From positions 288,001 to 352,000 of the forward strand of contig CAXXGJ010000038.1 in assembly GCA_963677895.2 (NCBI GenBank): 64,000 bases of DNA. The letters are read 5' to 3'. Under the pieces are notes generated by a model that did not search any database, had not been told where the DNA came from, and worked only from the letters and a program-made list of their open reading frames with translations. The position numbers and the translations under genes are program-made. The stretch comes from Treponemataceae bacterium (lineage in GTDB: Bacteria; Spirochaetota; Spirochaetia; Treponematales; Rectinemataceae). This document shows positions 38,403-49,200 of this stretch, piece by piece (the stretch's first letter is position 1; each line of letters starts with the position of its first letter).

Positions 38403-39721
38403 ATGCTTCGCCTCTGGCCTTTGTGGCGTATCACCCAGGCCAGGATAGCGGCAATCAGGACGAGGGCGTTGGGCGCCCACATGGCGAAGGCCGGCGAAAT
38501 GCGGCTGCGCAGTCCGGCGGTCTGGCCGGCGAAGAGAAGGCCCCAGTAAAGCGTGGACAAAAGCAGCGCCATGCCGAAGCCGGCCGTTCTTCCGGCTCTT
38601 CTCGTCCCCAGTCCAAGGGGAAAGGCCAGGAGCGAAAAGAAAAAAGCCGCCGCTGGAATGGCGAACTTCTTGTTGTATTCGAGTTCATAGATTTGTAGCG
38701 ATCTGTCCGAAGGAGGCGATGTCTGGACCTGACGAAGAACGGTGATGGATCGCTGGAGTCTCTTTTCGTTTTCCGAGGAATCCGGCCGGCTCTCGGGCAG
38801 AGAATCCTTCTGTCGGTAGTCATCCATCATGCGGGCTCTCGCTTCGGCGCTCTGTTTGGCCACATCTCTTTTCCGAGCTTCAAGGGTGCTTTTTTTCTTC
38901 CTCAGATTGACAAGCAGATCCCCGGAACTCATCTCCGAAGGGCTGTTGCCGGAAAAACCGACTATTGGCTCCTTGAGCACGAAACGATAGAACAACGTGT
39001 CGGCCCGGGAAACCGAAAACTTGTTGTCCTCGGCCAGGACGATGGAGTGTTCCAGTACATCGGTCATTTTTATGACCGCGTCGTTTCCGCTCGGATCTAT
39101 GACGATGCTGGCCCTTCCCGCCGCCATGACCTTGTCGGCCGTTTTCCCGCCCGACTCGAAAAGGAGAATATCCCCTATGTCGCCGCTTTTTCCCGCTCCC
39201 GTCACGACCACGGCCTGCGAATAGCGCTTAACCGAAAAAGGCGTCAATTCGATGGAAGCCGAACGCGCGACGAGCTGGCCATAGACCTTGCGAAAAGCCA
39301 CGGCGCTGCGAGGCAGGAAATAATCGTTGGCCGCGAAGGACAGGAGGGAGGCTACGAGGCCCATGACGAGAAAGGGAGCATAGAGCGCGGCCGGCGAAAT
39401 CCCGACAGCGGAAAAAGCGAGTATTTCATTGTCGGTATTCATTCTGGCCGATGTCATGAGGGCGCCGGCCAGGGCGGAGAACGGGGCGGCGATGGCGACG
39501 ACCGAGGGAAGGGAATACAGAAGAAGAAGGAGGGTCTGGTCCAGGGGGGCGCTCTTGGCAAGGATATCCTCGGCCAGGAGAAGTATCTGGTTTATGAAAA
39601 AGACGACAAAGAAGAAAAGAAAGGAAATAGCGAAGGAAAGGCAGAATTCGCGGACGATATAGAAGAGCGCGGTGAAAGGAAATCCGCGCGATATGGCCGC
39701 ATCCGTCCTCCTTGCCATCAA
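38399..39721 (-). CDS. lptF: LptF/LptG-family permease (LptF-like)
   Basis: RMNTDNEILAFSAVGIS, KKFAIP, LAFPLG, AMWAPN; SD AGGAGG. Confidence 0.82.
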   Translation of the reverse strand: MMARRTDAAISRGFPFTALFYIVREFCLSFAISFLFFFVVFFINQILLLAEDILAKSAPLDQTLLLLLYSLPSVVAIAAPFSALAGALMTSARMNTDNEILAFSAVGISPAALYAPFLVMGLVASLLSFAANDYFLPRSAVAFRKVYGQLVARSASIELTPFSVKRYSQAVVVTGAGKSGDIGDILLFESGGKTADKVMAAGRASIVIDPSGNDAVIKMTDVLEHSIVLAEDNKFSVSRADTLFYRFVLKEPIVGFSGNSPSEMSSGDLLVNLRKKKSTLEARKRDVAKQSAEARARMMDDYRQKDSLPESRPDSSENEKRLQRSITVLRQVQTSPPSDRSLQIYELEYNKKFAIPAAAFFFSLLAFPLGLGTRRAGRTAGFGMALLLSTLYWGLLFAGQTAGLRSRISPAFAMWAPNALVLIAAILAWVIRHKGQRRSI

Positions 39722-39737
39722 CGAAGACCTCCTGGGA

Positions 39738-39827
39738 CTTGCCGGTGTAGCGCTTGCCGGCGCGCCGCCTGCTGGCGCGATGCCTGCAGGCGCTACACCT
39801 ACTGGCGTTACGCCTACTGGCGTTACG
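39738..39827. repeat. Six degenerate 15-bp tandem repeats between dut and lptF
   Basis: CTTGCCGGTGTAGCG / CTTGCCGGCGCGCCG / CCTGCTGGCGCGATG / CCTGCAGGCGCTACA / CCTACTGGCGTTACG x2. Confidence 0.8.
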
Positions 39828-40263
39828 CTCCGGTCGAGCCGAATCCCCCATCGCCGCGATCGGATTTTCCGATCGCCATTTCAGGCTCGAAGGCAGCCTC
39901 AGTATACCTTGCGATCACAAGCTGCGCTATCCTGTCGCCTGGTTCGATGCGCGCTTCAGCATTGCCCAGATTGACGAGAATCACCTTTATCTCGCCTCGA
40001 TAATCCGAATCGATCGTGCCCGGGCTGTTGAGACAGGTGACGCCCTTCTCCAGCGCCAGCCCGGATCTCGGCCTGACCTGGGCTTCATACCCGGGGGGAA
40101 GCTCCATTCGAAGCCCCGTCGGAACGGCCCGTCTCTCCATGGGCATGAGCCGAATGGTCTCGGGTATGTTCGCATAGAGGTCGGCGCCAGCCGATCCCCT
40201 GGTTTTGTATTCGGGGAGCCGGGCTCCCTCGTCGAGGATTACCGGTACGCGGATCGAATCCAT
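39823..40263 (-). CDS. dut: dUTP diphosphatase
   Basis: GSAGADL, RPRSGLA, GTIDSDYRGEI, RIAQ, RGDGGFGSTG. Confidence 0.97.
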   Translation of the reverse strand: MDSIRVPVILDEGARLPEYKTRGSAGADLYANIPETIRLMPMERRAVPTGLRMELPPGYEAQVRPRSGLALEKGVTCLNSPGTIDSDYRGEIKVILVNLGNAEARIEPGDRIAQLVIARYTEAAFEPEMAIGKSDRGDGGFGSTGA

Positions 40264-40264
40264 C

Positions 40265-41604
40265 TTATATCTCCTCCAGGCCGAGCGTCCGAGCCGTTCT
40301 GGGCTTTATGCTGCCGTAGGCGTAACGTCCCCTATGGGCCGATGCGAGCCGCCTCAGCAAGGCCGTGACATCGTCCATTTCCACGTTGAGGTACATTCGC
40401 CTCTCTTCCTCCATATCGGGAACCTTTCCCAGCGTCATATACCAGCTGGCCAGCCTTCTGATCCTGGATTCGGGATCCTCGAGGGAAAGGACGAAGCCGC
40501 CGGCCAGCCTCGATGTGGCTTCGGCCAGTTCCTCGTCCGAGAGCGGCGATGAAAGAGGGTATTCGTCTCTTCGTCCACCGCGTTCACGCACTCCACGAAC
40601 TTCTTGTCTCCCGTCACCACTTGGACGGCGATGAGCGCCTCGGTACGGGAAAAAGACAGCGAGGACTGGACCGTATAGGCCAGACCTAGCTTTTCCCTCA
40701 CCTTCTGGAAAAGCCTGGAGGTGGAAGCTTCGCCCAGGATGCCGTTGACGGTGCTCAGGCTGAAGAAATCCTTCATGGCGAGGGGGGCGTCGAGCTGGAT
40801 AGCGTCGAAATAATAGACTTGCGAACTGGGGGCCTTCGTGTAAGCCCTGAAAGTCCTGGCGGCGGGAGTCCCCGGATACGCGAGGGGGAAAACCGCTCGG
40901 CCGGCGCCGTCGGCGCCGGCCGAGGCTCCAGTTGTGGCTCCTCCATCTGCGGTTCCGACCGAGGCACCAGCCGAGGCCGCGGCCTTAGCTATCGCCTCAT
41001 CCATGAATTCCGCGAGTCCGGCCTCGTCAAAATCGCCCGATGCCGCGATTATCGCGTTCGAAACGGTGAACAGGCCGCGGTAGAAGTCGAATAGCCGGTC
41101 GCGGTCTATGGCTTCCACTTCGGCGCAGCTGCCCCCGATGGGCTTGGCGGCGGGATGGTTCGGCCAGAAATGGGCGAGGAAGGCATCGAAGGCGGTCTCC
41201 TCGACATCGTCCTCGATCTGCAGGATTTCCGAAAGGATCACCTGCTTTTCCTTTTCGAACTCCTGCGCGGGAAAGGTGGAGGAAAAAGCCACTTCCGCGA
41301 TGAGTTCCGCGGCAAGGCGCCAGTCCTTGGAGGGAACGCAGCAGTAAACACAGAGGCAGTCGCGCTCGGTGAAGCCGTTGGCGTAGCCGCCGGTGCGTTC
41401 GATGGCCCGCCAGAGCGAGAAAGCGTCGTGCAGTTTCGTGCCCTTGAAGAGCATGTGCTCGACGAAATGAACGAAGCCCCGATTCATCGGGGCTTCATTC
41501 CTGGATCCGTAGGGAAACCAGATTGAGACGGTAAAACTGGGAGAATCCCGCCGGCTTTCGGAGAGCAGAGCCGCTCCTGCCGACAGGATTTTGGGTTGTA
41601 TCAT
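40265..41604 (-). pseudogene. M16 (pitrilysin-family) peptidase split by a 1-nt frameshift (pseudogene or sequence error)
   Basis: HFVEHMLFKGT inverted zincin and SRLFQKVREKLGLAY in ORF 40435-41652; the C-terminal 'SDEELAEA..RL' continues in another frame (40265-40591), switching at about 40553. Confidence 0.75.
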
Positions 41605-41617
41605 AAAAGCGTCAGAT

Positions 41618-43807
41618 TCAGCGTCTGCGGGACGAATCCCTCCGGTCGTCAAACCTGCGAGGCTCCCTGGGACCGCGGTCGTCTCTCGGCGGCCTGTCGT
41701 CGCGGCTCTGGGGCGGCAGCTGTCCGTTCTCGTCGAGGGCTTCGAGCATGGCGAGGTTGAGTCTTCCCATGTGATCGATTTCCATGAGCTTGACCTTTAC
41801 CGCGTCGCCTTCCTTGACCACATCGGTTACGCGTTCCACTCGGCCCTTGGCGAGTTTCGATATATGGCAGAGTCCTTCCTTGCCCGGCATGATCTCGATG
41901 AAGGCGCCGAATTCCATGACTCGCTTGACGGTGCCGTCGTAGATCTTCCCGATCTCCGGTTCCTCGACCATGCTCAGAACGGCGTCGCGCGCGTCATAGG
42001 CGGCTTTCTGGTTCTTGCCGTAGATGGTGACGGTGCCTTCCTCGTCGATATTGATCTGAACGTCGTACTTCTCGGACATTCCCTTGATGTTCTTGCCGCC
42101 CGGCCCGATGATGGCGCCGATCTTCTCCTGGTCCACCTTTACGCTGACGACCTTGGGAGCGTATGCGGAGATGTCTTCCGAGGGCACGGAGAGCGTCTTC
42201 TCCATGATGCCGAGAATGTGCATTCTACCGCGCTTCGCCTGGGCGAGGGCCTTGGTGAGGATTTCGGTGCTGACCGAGGAAATCTTGATGTCCATCTGGA
42301 AGGCGGTGATGCCGTCCTTCGTTCCGGCTACCTTGAAGTCCATGTCGCCGAGATGGTCCTCGTCGCCGAGGATGTCGGTGAGCACCGCGAAGCGGGTCTC
42401 GTCGGTGATGAGTCCCATGGCGATGCCCGCCACGGGTTTGCGCATCGGAACGCCGGCGCTCATCAGGGAGAGGGAGGAACCGCAGACGGTCGCCATGGAG
42501 GAGGAACCGTTGGATTCCAGGACCTCGGAGACGACGCGGATGGTGTACGGGAACTTGTCTTTGGGCGGGAGCATGACTTCGATGGCGCGGCGCGCGAGGC
42601 TGCCGTGGCCGATTTCGCGTCTTCCCGTTCCCAGACGTCCGGTTTCGCCGACCGAGAAGGGGGGGAAGTTATAGTGCAGCATGAAGCGGTCGCGACGATC
42701 GCCTTCGATGTCGTCCAGGATCTGCTCGTCGAGGATGGTTCCGAGCGTGGTGACGGCGAGGGCCTGGGTTTCGCCGCGCGTGAAGAGGGCCGAACCGTGG
42801 GTCCTCGGGAGAACGTTGATTTCGCAGGTGATCGGTCGCACGTCCTCGAGACCGCGGCCATCGACGCGCAGTCCCTTGTCGAGGATGCCGTTCCTGAGAA
42901 TATGGTACTGGAGGTCCTCCATGAGGGCGGAGAAGAGCTTCTGCTGCACCTCGCTGTCGAGGACTTCGGCGAAGGCTTCCTGGGTCTGCTTGATGGCGGC
43001 GCGCACGGCCAGGTAGCGCTCCTGCTTCACTTTCACGAAGAGAGCGGCGGAGAGAAGCGGCGCCGCGAAAGCGCGGATTTCTTCTTCCTTGTTCAGGGTG
43101 ACCTTGAGGGGCGCGAGGGGGAGCTTATCCTTGCCGGCGAGACCGCGAAGTTCCACGATCATGGCGCAGATCTTGGCGATAGGCTCCTTGGCGCACTCGA
43201 TGGCCCCGATCATCTCCTCTTCGGAGACTTCGTGGGAGCCGCCCTCGACCATGGTGATGCCCGCCGCGGTACCCGAAACGGTGATCTCGAGTTTGGCTGT
43301 CTCGCACTGCTCGAAGGTGGGGTTGACGACGTACTTGTCATCGACAAGAGCCACGCGGACGGCCGCGATGGGACCGGCGAAGGGAATGTCGGAGATATGG
43401 ACGGCCGCGCTGGCCGCGTTGACCGCCACGATGTCCGGAGGATTGACGTTGTCCGTCGAAAGGCAGGTCGGAACGACCTGGATTTCCCTGCCGAAGGCCT
43501 TGTCGAAGAGCGGGCGCATGGGCCTGTCGATGATTCGCGATACGAGGATTTCCTTGTCCTTGGGACGGGATTCCCTCTTGATGAATCCGCCGGGAATCTT
43601 GCCGGCGGCATAGTATTTTTCGTTGTACTCGACGGTGAGGGGAACGAAATCCAGGCCTTCCGTCACTTTTTCGGAGCAGCAGGCGGTCGCGAGGACGGCG
43701 GAACCGCCGTAAGTCGCGAATACCGCGCCGCCAGCCTGTTTCGCCATGCGGCCGGTCTCCAGGACCAGGGTTTCGTTGCCGATCTGGCAACTTACTGAAT
43801 GTACCAT
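41618..43807 (-). CDS. pnp: Polyribonucleotide nucleotidyltransferase (PNPase)
   Basis: ETGRMAKQA, GKIPGGF.KRE, RREIGHG, SNGSSSMA, GDMDFKVAGT, KH and S1 domains. Confidence 0.98.
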   Translation of the reverse strand: MVHSVSCQIGNETLVLETGRMAKQAGGAVFATYGGSAVLATACCSEKVTEGLDFVPLTVEYNEKYYAAGKIPGGFIKRESRPKDKEILVSRIIDRPMRPLFDKAFGREIQVVPTCLSTDNVNPPDIVAVNAASAAVHISDIPFAGPIAAVRVALVDDKYVVNPTFEQCETAKLEITVSGTAAGITMVEGGSHEVSEEEMIGAIECAKEPIAKICAMIVELRGLAGKDKLPLAPLKVTLNKEEEIRAFAAPLLSAALFVKVKQERYLAVRAAIKQTQEAFAEVLDSEVQQKLFSALMEDLQYHILRNGILDKGLRVDGRGLEDVRPITCEINVLPRTHGSALFTRGETQALAVTTLGTILDEQILDDIEGDRRDRFMLHYNFPPFSVGETGRLGTGRREIGHGSLARRAIEVMLPPKDKFPYTIRVVSEVLESNGSSSMATVCGSSLSLMSAGVPMRKPVAGIAMGLITDETRFAVLTDILGDEDHLGDMDFKVAGTKDGITAFQMDIKISSVSTEILTKALAQAKRGRMHILGIMEKTLSVPSEDISAYAPKVVSVKVDQEKIGAIIGPGGKNIKGMSEKYDVQINIDEEGTVTIYGKNQKAAYDARDAVLSMVEEPEIGKIYDGTVKRVMEFGAFIEIMPGKEGLCHISKLAKGRVERVTDVVKEGDAVKVKLMEIDHMGRLNLAMLEALDENGQLPPQSRDDRPPRDDRGPREPRRFDDRRDSSRRR

Positions 43808-43860
43808 TTTTCTTCCTTTTTACGGCCTAGACCGCAGATTCCGGGCAACCCCGGAACAAC

Positions 43861-43905
43861 AGGAAAAGGCCCGTGCGCAAAGACTGCGGCCGGGCCTGAT
43901 TTCCT
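43861..43905 (-). terminator. rpsO-pnp intergenic stem-loop (terminator or processing site)
   Basis: Minus strand AGGAAA..AGGCCCG...CGGGCCTTTTCCT; a second hairpin TTCCGGG..CCCGGAA lies at about 43840-43857. Confidence 0.5.
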
Positions 43906-43920
43906 GGAACTCATCCACAA

Positions 43921-44190
43921 TCACTTCCTGATCTGAAGCTTCTCGACGAGCGCTCTGTAACCTTCGAGGTTGGTCCTCTGAAGATATTTGAGCAGCTTGC
44001 GTCTCTGACCGACAACTTTCAGCAGGCCGCGCCTGGAGTTTGTATCCTTTTTATGAGTCTTGAAATGATCGGTGAGGTCGGTGATCCTTTTGGTGAGCAG
44101 GGCTACCTGCGTCTCGATCGATCCGGTATTCTTCTCGTTGGTGCCGTACTCGAGTACGACCTGGGCCTTGTCCTCTTTGGTCAATGCCAT
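43921..44190 (-). CDS. rpsO: 30S ribosomal protein S15
   Basis: NTGS.E.QVALLT.RI..L..H...HKKD..SRRGL, 89 aa. Confidence 0.98.
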   Translation of the reverse strand: MALTKEDKAQVVLEYGTNEKNTGSIETQVALLTKRITDLTDHFKTHKKDTNSRRGLLKVVGQRRKLLKYLQRTNLEGYRALVEKLQIRK

Positions 44191-44203
44191 CTTCTATTTC
44201 TCC

Positions 44204-44989
44204 TTACCACTCTTGTGATACCAAGTTTATTATCGCGGCGCGTTTCACGTCGCGTTGTTCAAAAGTTCCCGTGATGATCTCCCCATTCTCGATACGGGCT
44301 GAAATCATCGTATTCCCCGTATCCGGATCGATGATGATCCTGTAGACCCCGGCGGGCGGAAGCACCGCGTCTTCCACCGGCTTTAAAACGAAACCGCCGG
44401 AAACGCGTGTATCCACCGTCTCAATATCGACGATATGAGGCCTTCCCAGCATATCGGCGGCCTCGCCCAGCCTTCCTTCCAGAATCGCGTTCCTTATCCT
44501 GCTCGAGCTCACCGGATGTCCGCCGTACATGACCGGCTCGGCTATCCGCGCTTCCATTCCCAGCGTCCCGCAGATTTCAGCGAGGGCCTGCGCGTTCGTA
44601 TCCATCTTGTAGCCGCATCTGAAATTCGGACCTACACAGACGAATTTAACCCCCGCATTCGCAAGCAGCGAAAGGAATTCCGCGCCTGAAAGTGTACCGA
44701 AATTCTGGGAAAAGTCAATCAGTACGCAGAGATCGAAACTCGCCCGGGCGAAAGCGTCGGTCTTCTGCCTGAGGCTGAAGATGCTTCCCCTGAAAGACTG
44801 AGGATGGAGTATCTTCTTGGGATTGTTGGCGAAGGTGATGACCGCGCTTTTCATGGCCGGTTTCTTGGCCAGAACGGCATCCAGCAGCCTTTGATGTCCC
44901 CGATGGACGCCATCGAATACGCCTATGGTCACGGAAAGCGGTTCATGGCCTTTAAAGGCGACGAACTCTGACCAGGTCAGGATTTTCAT
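44204..44989 (-). CDS. ribF: FAD synthetase (RibF N-terminal adenylyltransferase; kinase part degenerate)
   Basis: TIGVFDGVHRGH, VG.NFRCG, VSSSRIR; lacks the GFPTAN kinase motif. Confidence 0.85.
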   Translation of the reverse strand: MKILTWSEFVAFKGHEPLSVTIGVFDGVHRGHQRLLDAVLAKKPAMKSAVITFANNPKKILHPQSFRGSIFSLRQKTDAFARASFDLCVLIDFSQNFGTLSGAEFLSLLANAGVKFVCVGPNFRCGYKMDTNAQALAEICGTLGMEARIAEPVMYGGHPVSSSRIRNAILEGRLGEAADMLGRPHIVDIETVDTRVSGGFVLKPVEDAVLPPAGVYRIIIDPDTGNTMISARIENGEIITGTFEQRDVKRAAIINLVSQEW

Positions 44990-45876
44990 CGGGCGCCCGC
45001 CCCCTTCGGCATGACGAATTTATAGGCGAGAAGGCCCGAACGACGCTCCACGACGCCCAGGAATCTCCCATCGCCGGAGAATGCCGCCAGATCGCCGTCG
45101 CGCGAAAGGCCGGCCCCGAGTTCCACAAGGAGGGCAGGAAGGCCGTTCGTGAAGGCGGCTTCCACTTCCCTGGCGATGCTGATGGTTCCCAGCCCGAGGA
45201 TTCCGGCCGTCTCGGGGGTGAAGCCATGGAGCGTCTGGACGCTGGCCTCTTCGGGCGATTGAATGGCGTCCCTTACCGAAAAGGCCCCGACCTTCGTCCT
45301 TCTCAGCGCGCCGACATGGGCGCAGGTGCCGCAGGCCGCGGCTATGTCCCTCGCGAGGGAGCGGATATAGGTACCGGATGAACAATGAACTTTCACTGAC
45401 GCTTTGCCGTCTTTATAATCGACAAGATCCAGGGAGTGGATGGTGATCGGCCTTGCCTGAAGCTTTACGGCCTCGCCTTTCCGCGCCATGTCCGACGCCC
45501 TCTTCCCTTCAACATGTATGGCGGAGTATTCAGGGGGGATCTGCTCTATAAGGCCCCTGAATGAGCCAAGGGAGGCTTCCAGGGCGGCAAGGGAAGGAAT
45601 CTCTCCCGTGGCGGTTACGGCGCCGCCTGGATCGAGCGTGTCGGTTCCCAGGCCAAACCTAATTTCGGCTTCATACTCTTTGTCGAGCCCCGTGAACCAG
45701 GGCGTGAGGTGGCTGTAGCTTCCCACCACCACGACAAGCAGTCCCGTGGCGAAGTTGTCGAGCGTACCCGTATGGCCCACGCGGGCCCCGGGAAAAATTT
45801 TCCTGAATCCGCCAAGCGCGGCGAAGGATGTCCTGCCCGCTGGCTTGTCGAAGAGAAGGAAGCCGGATGCTGTCAT
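44986..45876 (-). CDS. truB: tRNA pseudouridine(55) synthase
   Basis: DKP.G.TS, GHTGTLD, PP.YSAI, SGTYIRSLARD. Confidence 0.96.
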   Translation of the reverse strand: MTASGFLLFDKPAGRTSFAALGGFRKIFPGARVGHTGTLDNFATGLLVVVVGSYSHLTPWFTGLDKEYEAEIRFGLGTDTLDPGGAVTATGEIPSLAALEASLGSFRGLIEQIPPEYSAIHVEGKRASDMARKGEAVKLQARPITIHSLDLVDYKDGKASVKVHCSSGTYIRSLARDIAAACGTCAHVGALRRTKVGAFSVRDAIQSPEEASVQTLHGFTPETAGILGLGTISIAREVEAAFTNGLPALLVELGAGLSRDGDLAAFSGDGRFLGVVERRSGLLAYKFVMPKGAGAR

Positions 45877-46226
45877 TCCTTGAGGAGACCCTTTATCTTT
45901 TCGGTCATCTCGAAGCCTTCCCGGATGCCCAGGTCAGCCACGAAATGAAGGACGGGAGTGAGACGGAGTCTCACTCTTCGCGCTATCTGGGACTGTATGA
46001 AACCTGCCGCGCTGGTGAGTCCATCCACGGCGGCGTAAAGTTCCTTGTCGTCTTCCGTGATGCAGCTCACCCAGACTTTCGCGGTGGAGCCGTCTCTGTT
46101 GGCTTCCACGCGAGTGATGGAGACCAGGGACCCGACGCGTGGATCCCTGATTTCGCCCGATGCGATGAGCGCCGCGATTTCTTCGCGCAGAAGCTCTTCG
46201 AGCCGCCTAAGCCTTATCTGATCCAT
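45873..46226 (-). CDS. rbfA: Ribosome-binding factor A
   Basis: [24 protein letters not shown]; start reassigned to 46226 (overlaps the infB end). Confidence 0.93.
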   Translation of the reverse strand: MDQIRLRRLEELLREEIAALIASGEIRDPRVGSLVSITRVEANRDGSTAKVWVSCITEDDKELYAAVDGLTSAAGFIQSQIARRVRLRLTPVLHFVADLGIREGFEMTEKIKGLLKE

Positions 46227-49200
46227 TGCCTTCAGCTTTCCCAAGGGTACGCGCCACTTCGATCGTTTCGTAGATCTCGAGCATGTCGCCTTCCTTGAGG
46301 TCGTTGCAGTTTTCGATTCCAATACCGCACTCGTAGCCGGCGACCACTTCCTTGGCGTCGTCCTTGAACCTTCTGAGCGAATTGATCTTGCCCTGGAAAA
46401 TTTCGATGGCGTCGCGGATGACGCGAACCTGGCTGTTCCTGTGCACGGCGCCTTCGAGCATGTAACAACCGGCGATGATGCCGATCTTCGGGACCTTGAA
46501 TATGTTCCGCACTTCGGCCTTGCCGATTTCCTGTTCCTTGAGCTCGGGAGACAGCATGCCTTCCATGGCCTTGAGGATATCCTCCTGGGCCCTGTAGATG
46601 ATGTTGTACTTCCTGATGTCGACCTTTTCCCTGTCGGCGAGCAGCTTGGCCGAGGCGATCGGCCGTACGTTGAAGCCTATGATGATGGCGTCCGAGGCGG
46701 AAGCCATCATGACGTCGTCGTCCGATATGGCGCCGGCGGCCGCGCGCAGGACATTCAGGCGCACTTCCTTGGTGGAAAGTTTCTCCAGCATGCCTTTGAG
46801 CGCCTCGACGGAGCCCTGGACGTCGCCCTTTATGATCACCTTGAGTTCCTGCACCTCTCCGGCCGAAATCGTCTCGTAGAGGTTGTCCAGGGTGACTTTC
46901 TTGACGTTCTTCCCTTCTTCGTACTTCTTGAGTTCCTGGCGCTTGTCGGAGATGGCGCGGGCGTATTTTTCCTCTTCGACAACCTCGAAGGGATCGCCGG
47001 CGTTGGGTATGCCTTCGAAACCCAGGACCTCGACCGGCGTGGAGGGCGTCGCTTCTTCGACACGGTTGCCCTTGTCGTCGAACATGGCCCTTACCCTTCC
47101 GGGGTAAATGCCCGCCACGAAGGAATCGCCGATGCGCAGAGTTCCCGTGGCCACGATGATGGTGGCGACGATGCCTCTGCCCTGATCGATGCGCGATTCG
47201 ACTATCTTGGCTTCCGCGAGGCGCTTGTAGCTGGCCTGCAGTTCGAGTATTTCGGCTTGCAGCAGTATGGCGTCGAGCAGTTCGGGAATACCCTTTTTCT
47301 GAAGGGCTGAAATCTCGCAGAACTGTGTCGTGCCGCCCCACTGCTCGGGAATCAGCCCCATCTCGGAAAGCTGAGTCTTGACCCTGTCCGGATTGGATTC
47401 GGGCAGGTCGATCTTGTTGATGGCCACGATGATGGGAACCTTGGCGGCCTTGGCGTGATCGAGCGCTTCCTTCGTCTGGGGCATGACGCCTTCGACGGCC
47501 GAAACCACAAGGATGACGATATCGGTTATCTGGGCGCCACGGGCGCGCATCTTCGTGAACGCGGCGTGTCCCGGCGTATCCAGGAAGGTGATCTTGTTGC
47601 CTTTGGCCGTAACCACCTGGTAAGCGCCGATATGCTGGGTTATCCCGCCGTATTCGTGGGCTACCACATCGGTCTTCCGGATGGCGTCGAGCAGTTTCGT
47701 CTTTCCATGGTCGACATGGCCCATGACGGTGACGATGGGAGGACGGGCGCGGAGGTCGTCGGGATTCTCGGCTTCCTTTTCGATGACCGTCTCGTCGTAG
47801 AGGCTGACGATCTTGACCTCGCAGTTGTATTCGCTGGCGAGGATCGTCGCCGTTTCGGCGTCGATTTTCTGGTTGATCGTAGCCATGACGCCGAGCGCCA
47901 TGAGCTTGCCGATGAGCTCGGCCGGCTTTATGTTCATTTTCTTCGCCAGATCGCTGACGGAGATGTTTTCCATGATGTCGATGGACTTGGGAATGGCGAT
48001 GGCGCGAGCCTCGGCCTTTTTCTTGAGCTGAAGCTCCTTCTCTAGTTCCACATCCTCGCGACGGACGAAGCCCGGTTTTCTTCTCGGAGCCGGCTTGCGC
48101 TGGGCCGTCTTGCTGCTTTCGAGGGGAGAAGGACCATTGGCAGGACCTCGGGCGCCGCCATAGCCGCCGCCTCTCGGTCCGCCCGACATATTGCCGCCCC
48201 TGCCCGCCGGTCTGCCCTGCGCGGGATAGCCGGGACGGTAGCCGCCGGGAGCGCCGGGGCCGCCTGGGCCCTGAGGACGGGGACCGCGCGGGTATCCGCC
48301 CGGAGCCGAGGAAGGATACTGAGGCCTTGCCCCGGGAAAGCTTCCCGGCGGGCCCTGGTAGCCACCAGATCCCTGATATCCTCCAGATCCTTGGTATCCT
48401 CCGGAACCCTGATAGGGTCTCTGCCCCTGATAGCCGCCGCCTGTGCCTTGATAGCCGCCGCCAGTTCCCTGGTATCCTCCAGAACCCTGGTAGCCGCCTG
48501 AACCTTGGTAGCCCTGCGGTCTGGGTCTGTTGGGATCGTAAGGCTGGGATGAATTCCCTCTATAACCGCCCTGGTAGCCGCCCGAACTCTGGCCGCCGCC
48601 CTGGCCCTGATAGCCGCCGCCGGTACCTTGGTAGCCGCCCGAGCCTTGGTAGCCCTGAGGCCTCGGCCTGTTGGGGTCGTAGGGCTGAGAGGAATTCCCT
48701 CTGTAACCGCCCTGGTAGCCGCCCGAACTCTGGCCGCCCTGGCCCTGGTAGCCGCCGGAACCTTGGTATCCGCTTGAGCCTGAGGGTCCCTGATATCCGC
48801 CGCTTCTGCCCTGGTAACCGGAAGGTCTGGGCGCATCGCCCGGAGCGCGGTTGGCGGGGTAGCCGCCGACGGTTCCGGCAGTCCCGTGAGGTCTTGCCGG
48901 ATTGCTTTGATAGCTTCCGCGATAGCCGCTCGGGGACGAGCCAGGCTGCGGAGGGGTTTGATTGCTTGATGACGCGGGTCTGACCGGCTGAGCTGGCCTT
49001 GCGGGGGATTCGCGGCGTATCGGCTGACCGACAGGCTGAGACGCAGAGGCATCAGCCGGCCTGCTCGCCGCCGACGCCGCGGGCGCGCCGTGAGCGGAAG
49101 GTGAGGATTGCGCGTTATCCGTTGCTGCCGCGGAAGAAACCGACGCCGCGGGCAACGCGGTCGAAAGCGCTTCGCCTGAGGCGGCGAGAACGGATGCGGG

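Noticed and set aside
39738..39827. Possible mini-CRISPR array
   Set aside because: Units are 15 bp, contiguous, with no unique spacers, and there are no cas genes in the window.
40265..40591. Independent 108-aa gene
   Set aside because: Better explained as the frameshifted C-terminus of the M16 peptidase; programmed frameshifting is unsupported (no slippery heptamer).
41591..43798. 735-aa plus-strand ORF opposite pnp (likewise 9412-10905, 13373-14701, 17088-18422, 23324-24616, 49637-51145, 53884-55314)
   Set aside because: Antisense shadow ORFs expected from GC-rich codon bias; no motifs, and they fully overlap well-supported genes.
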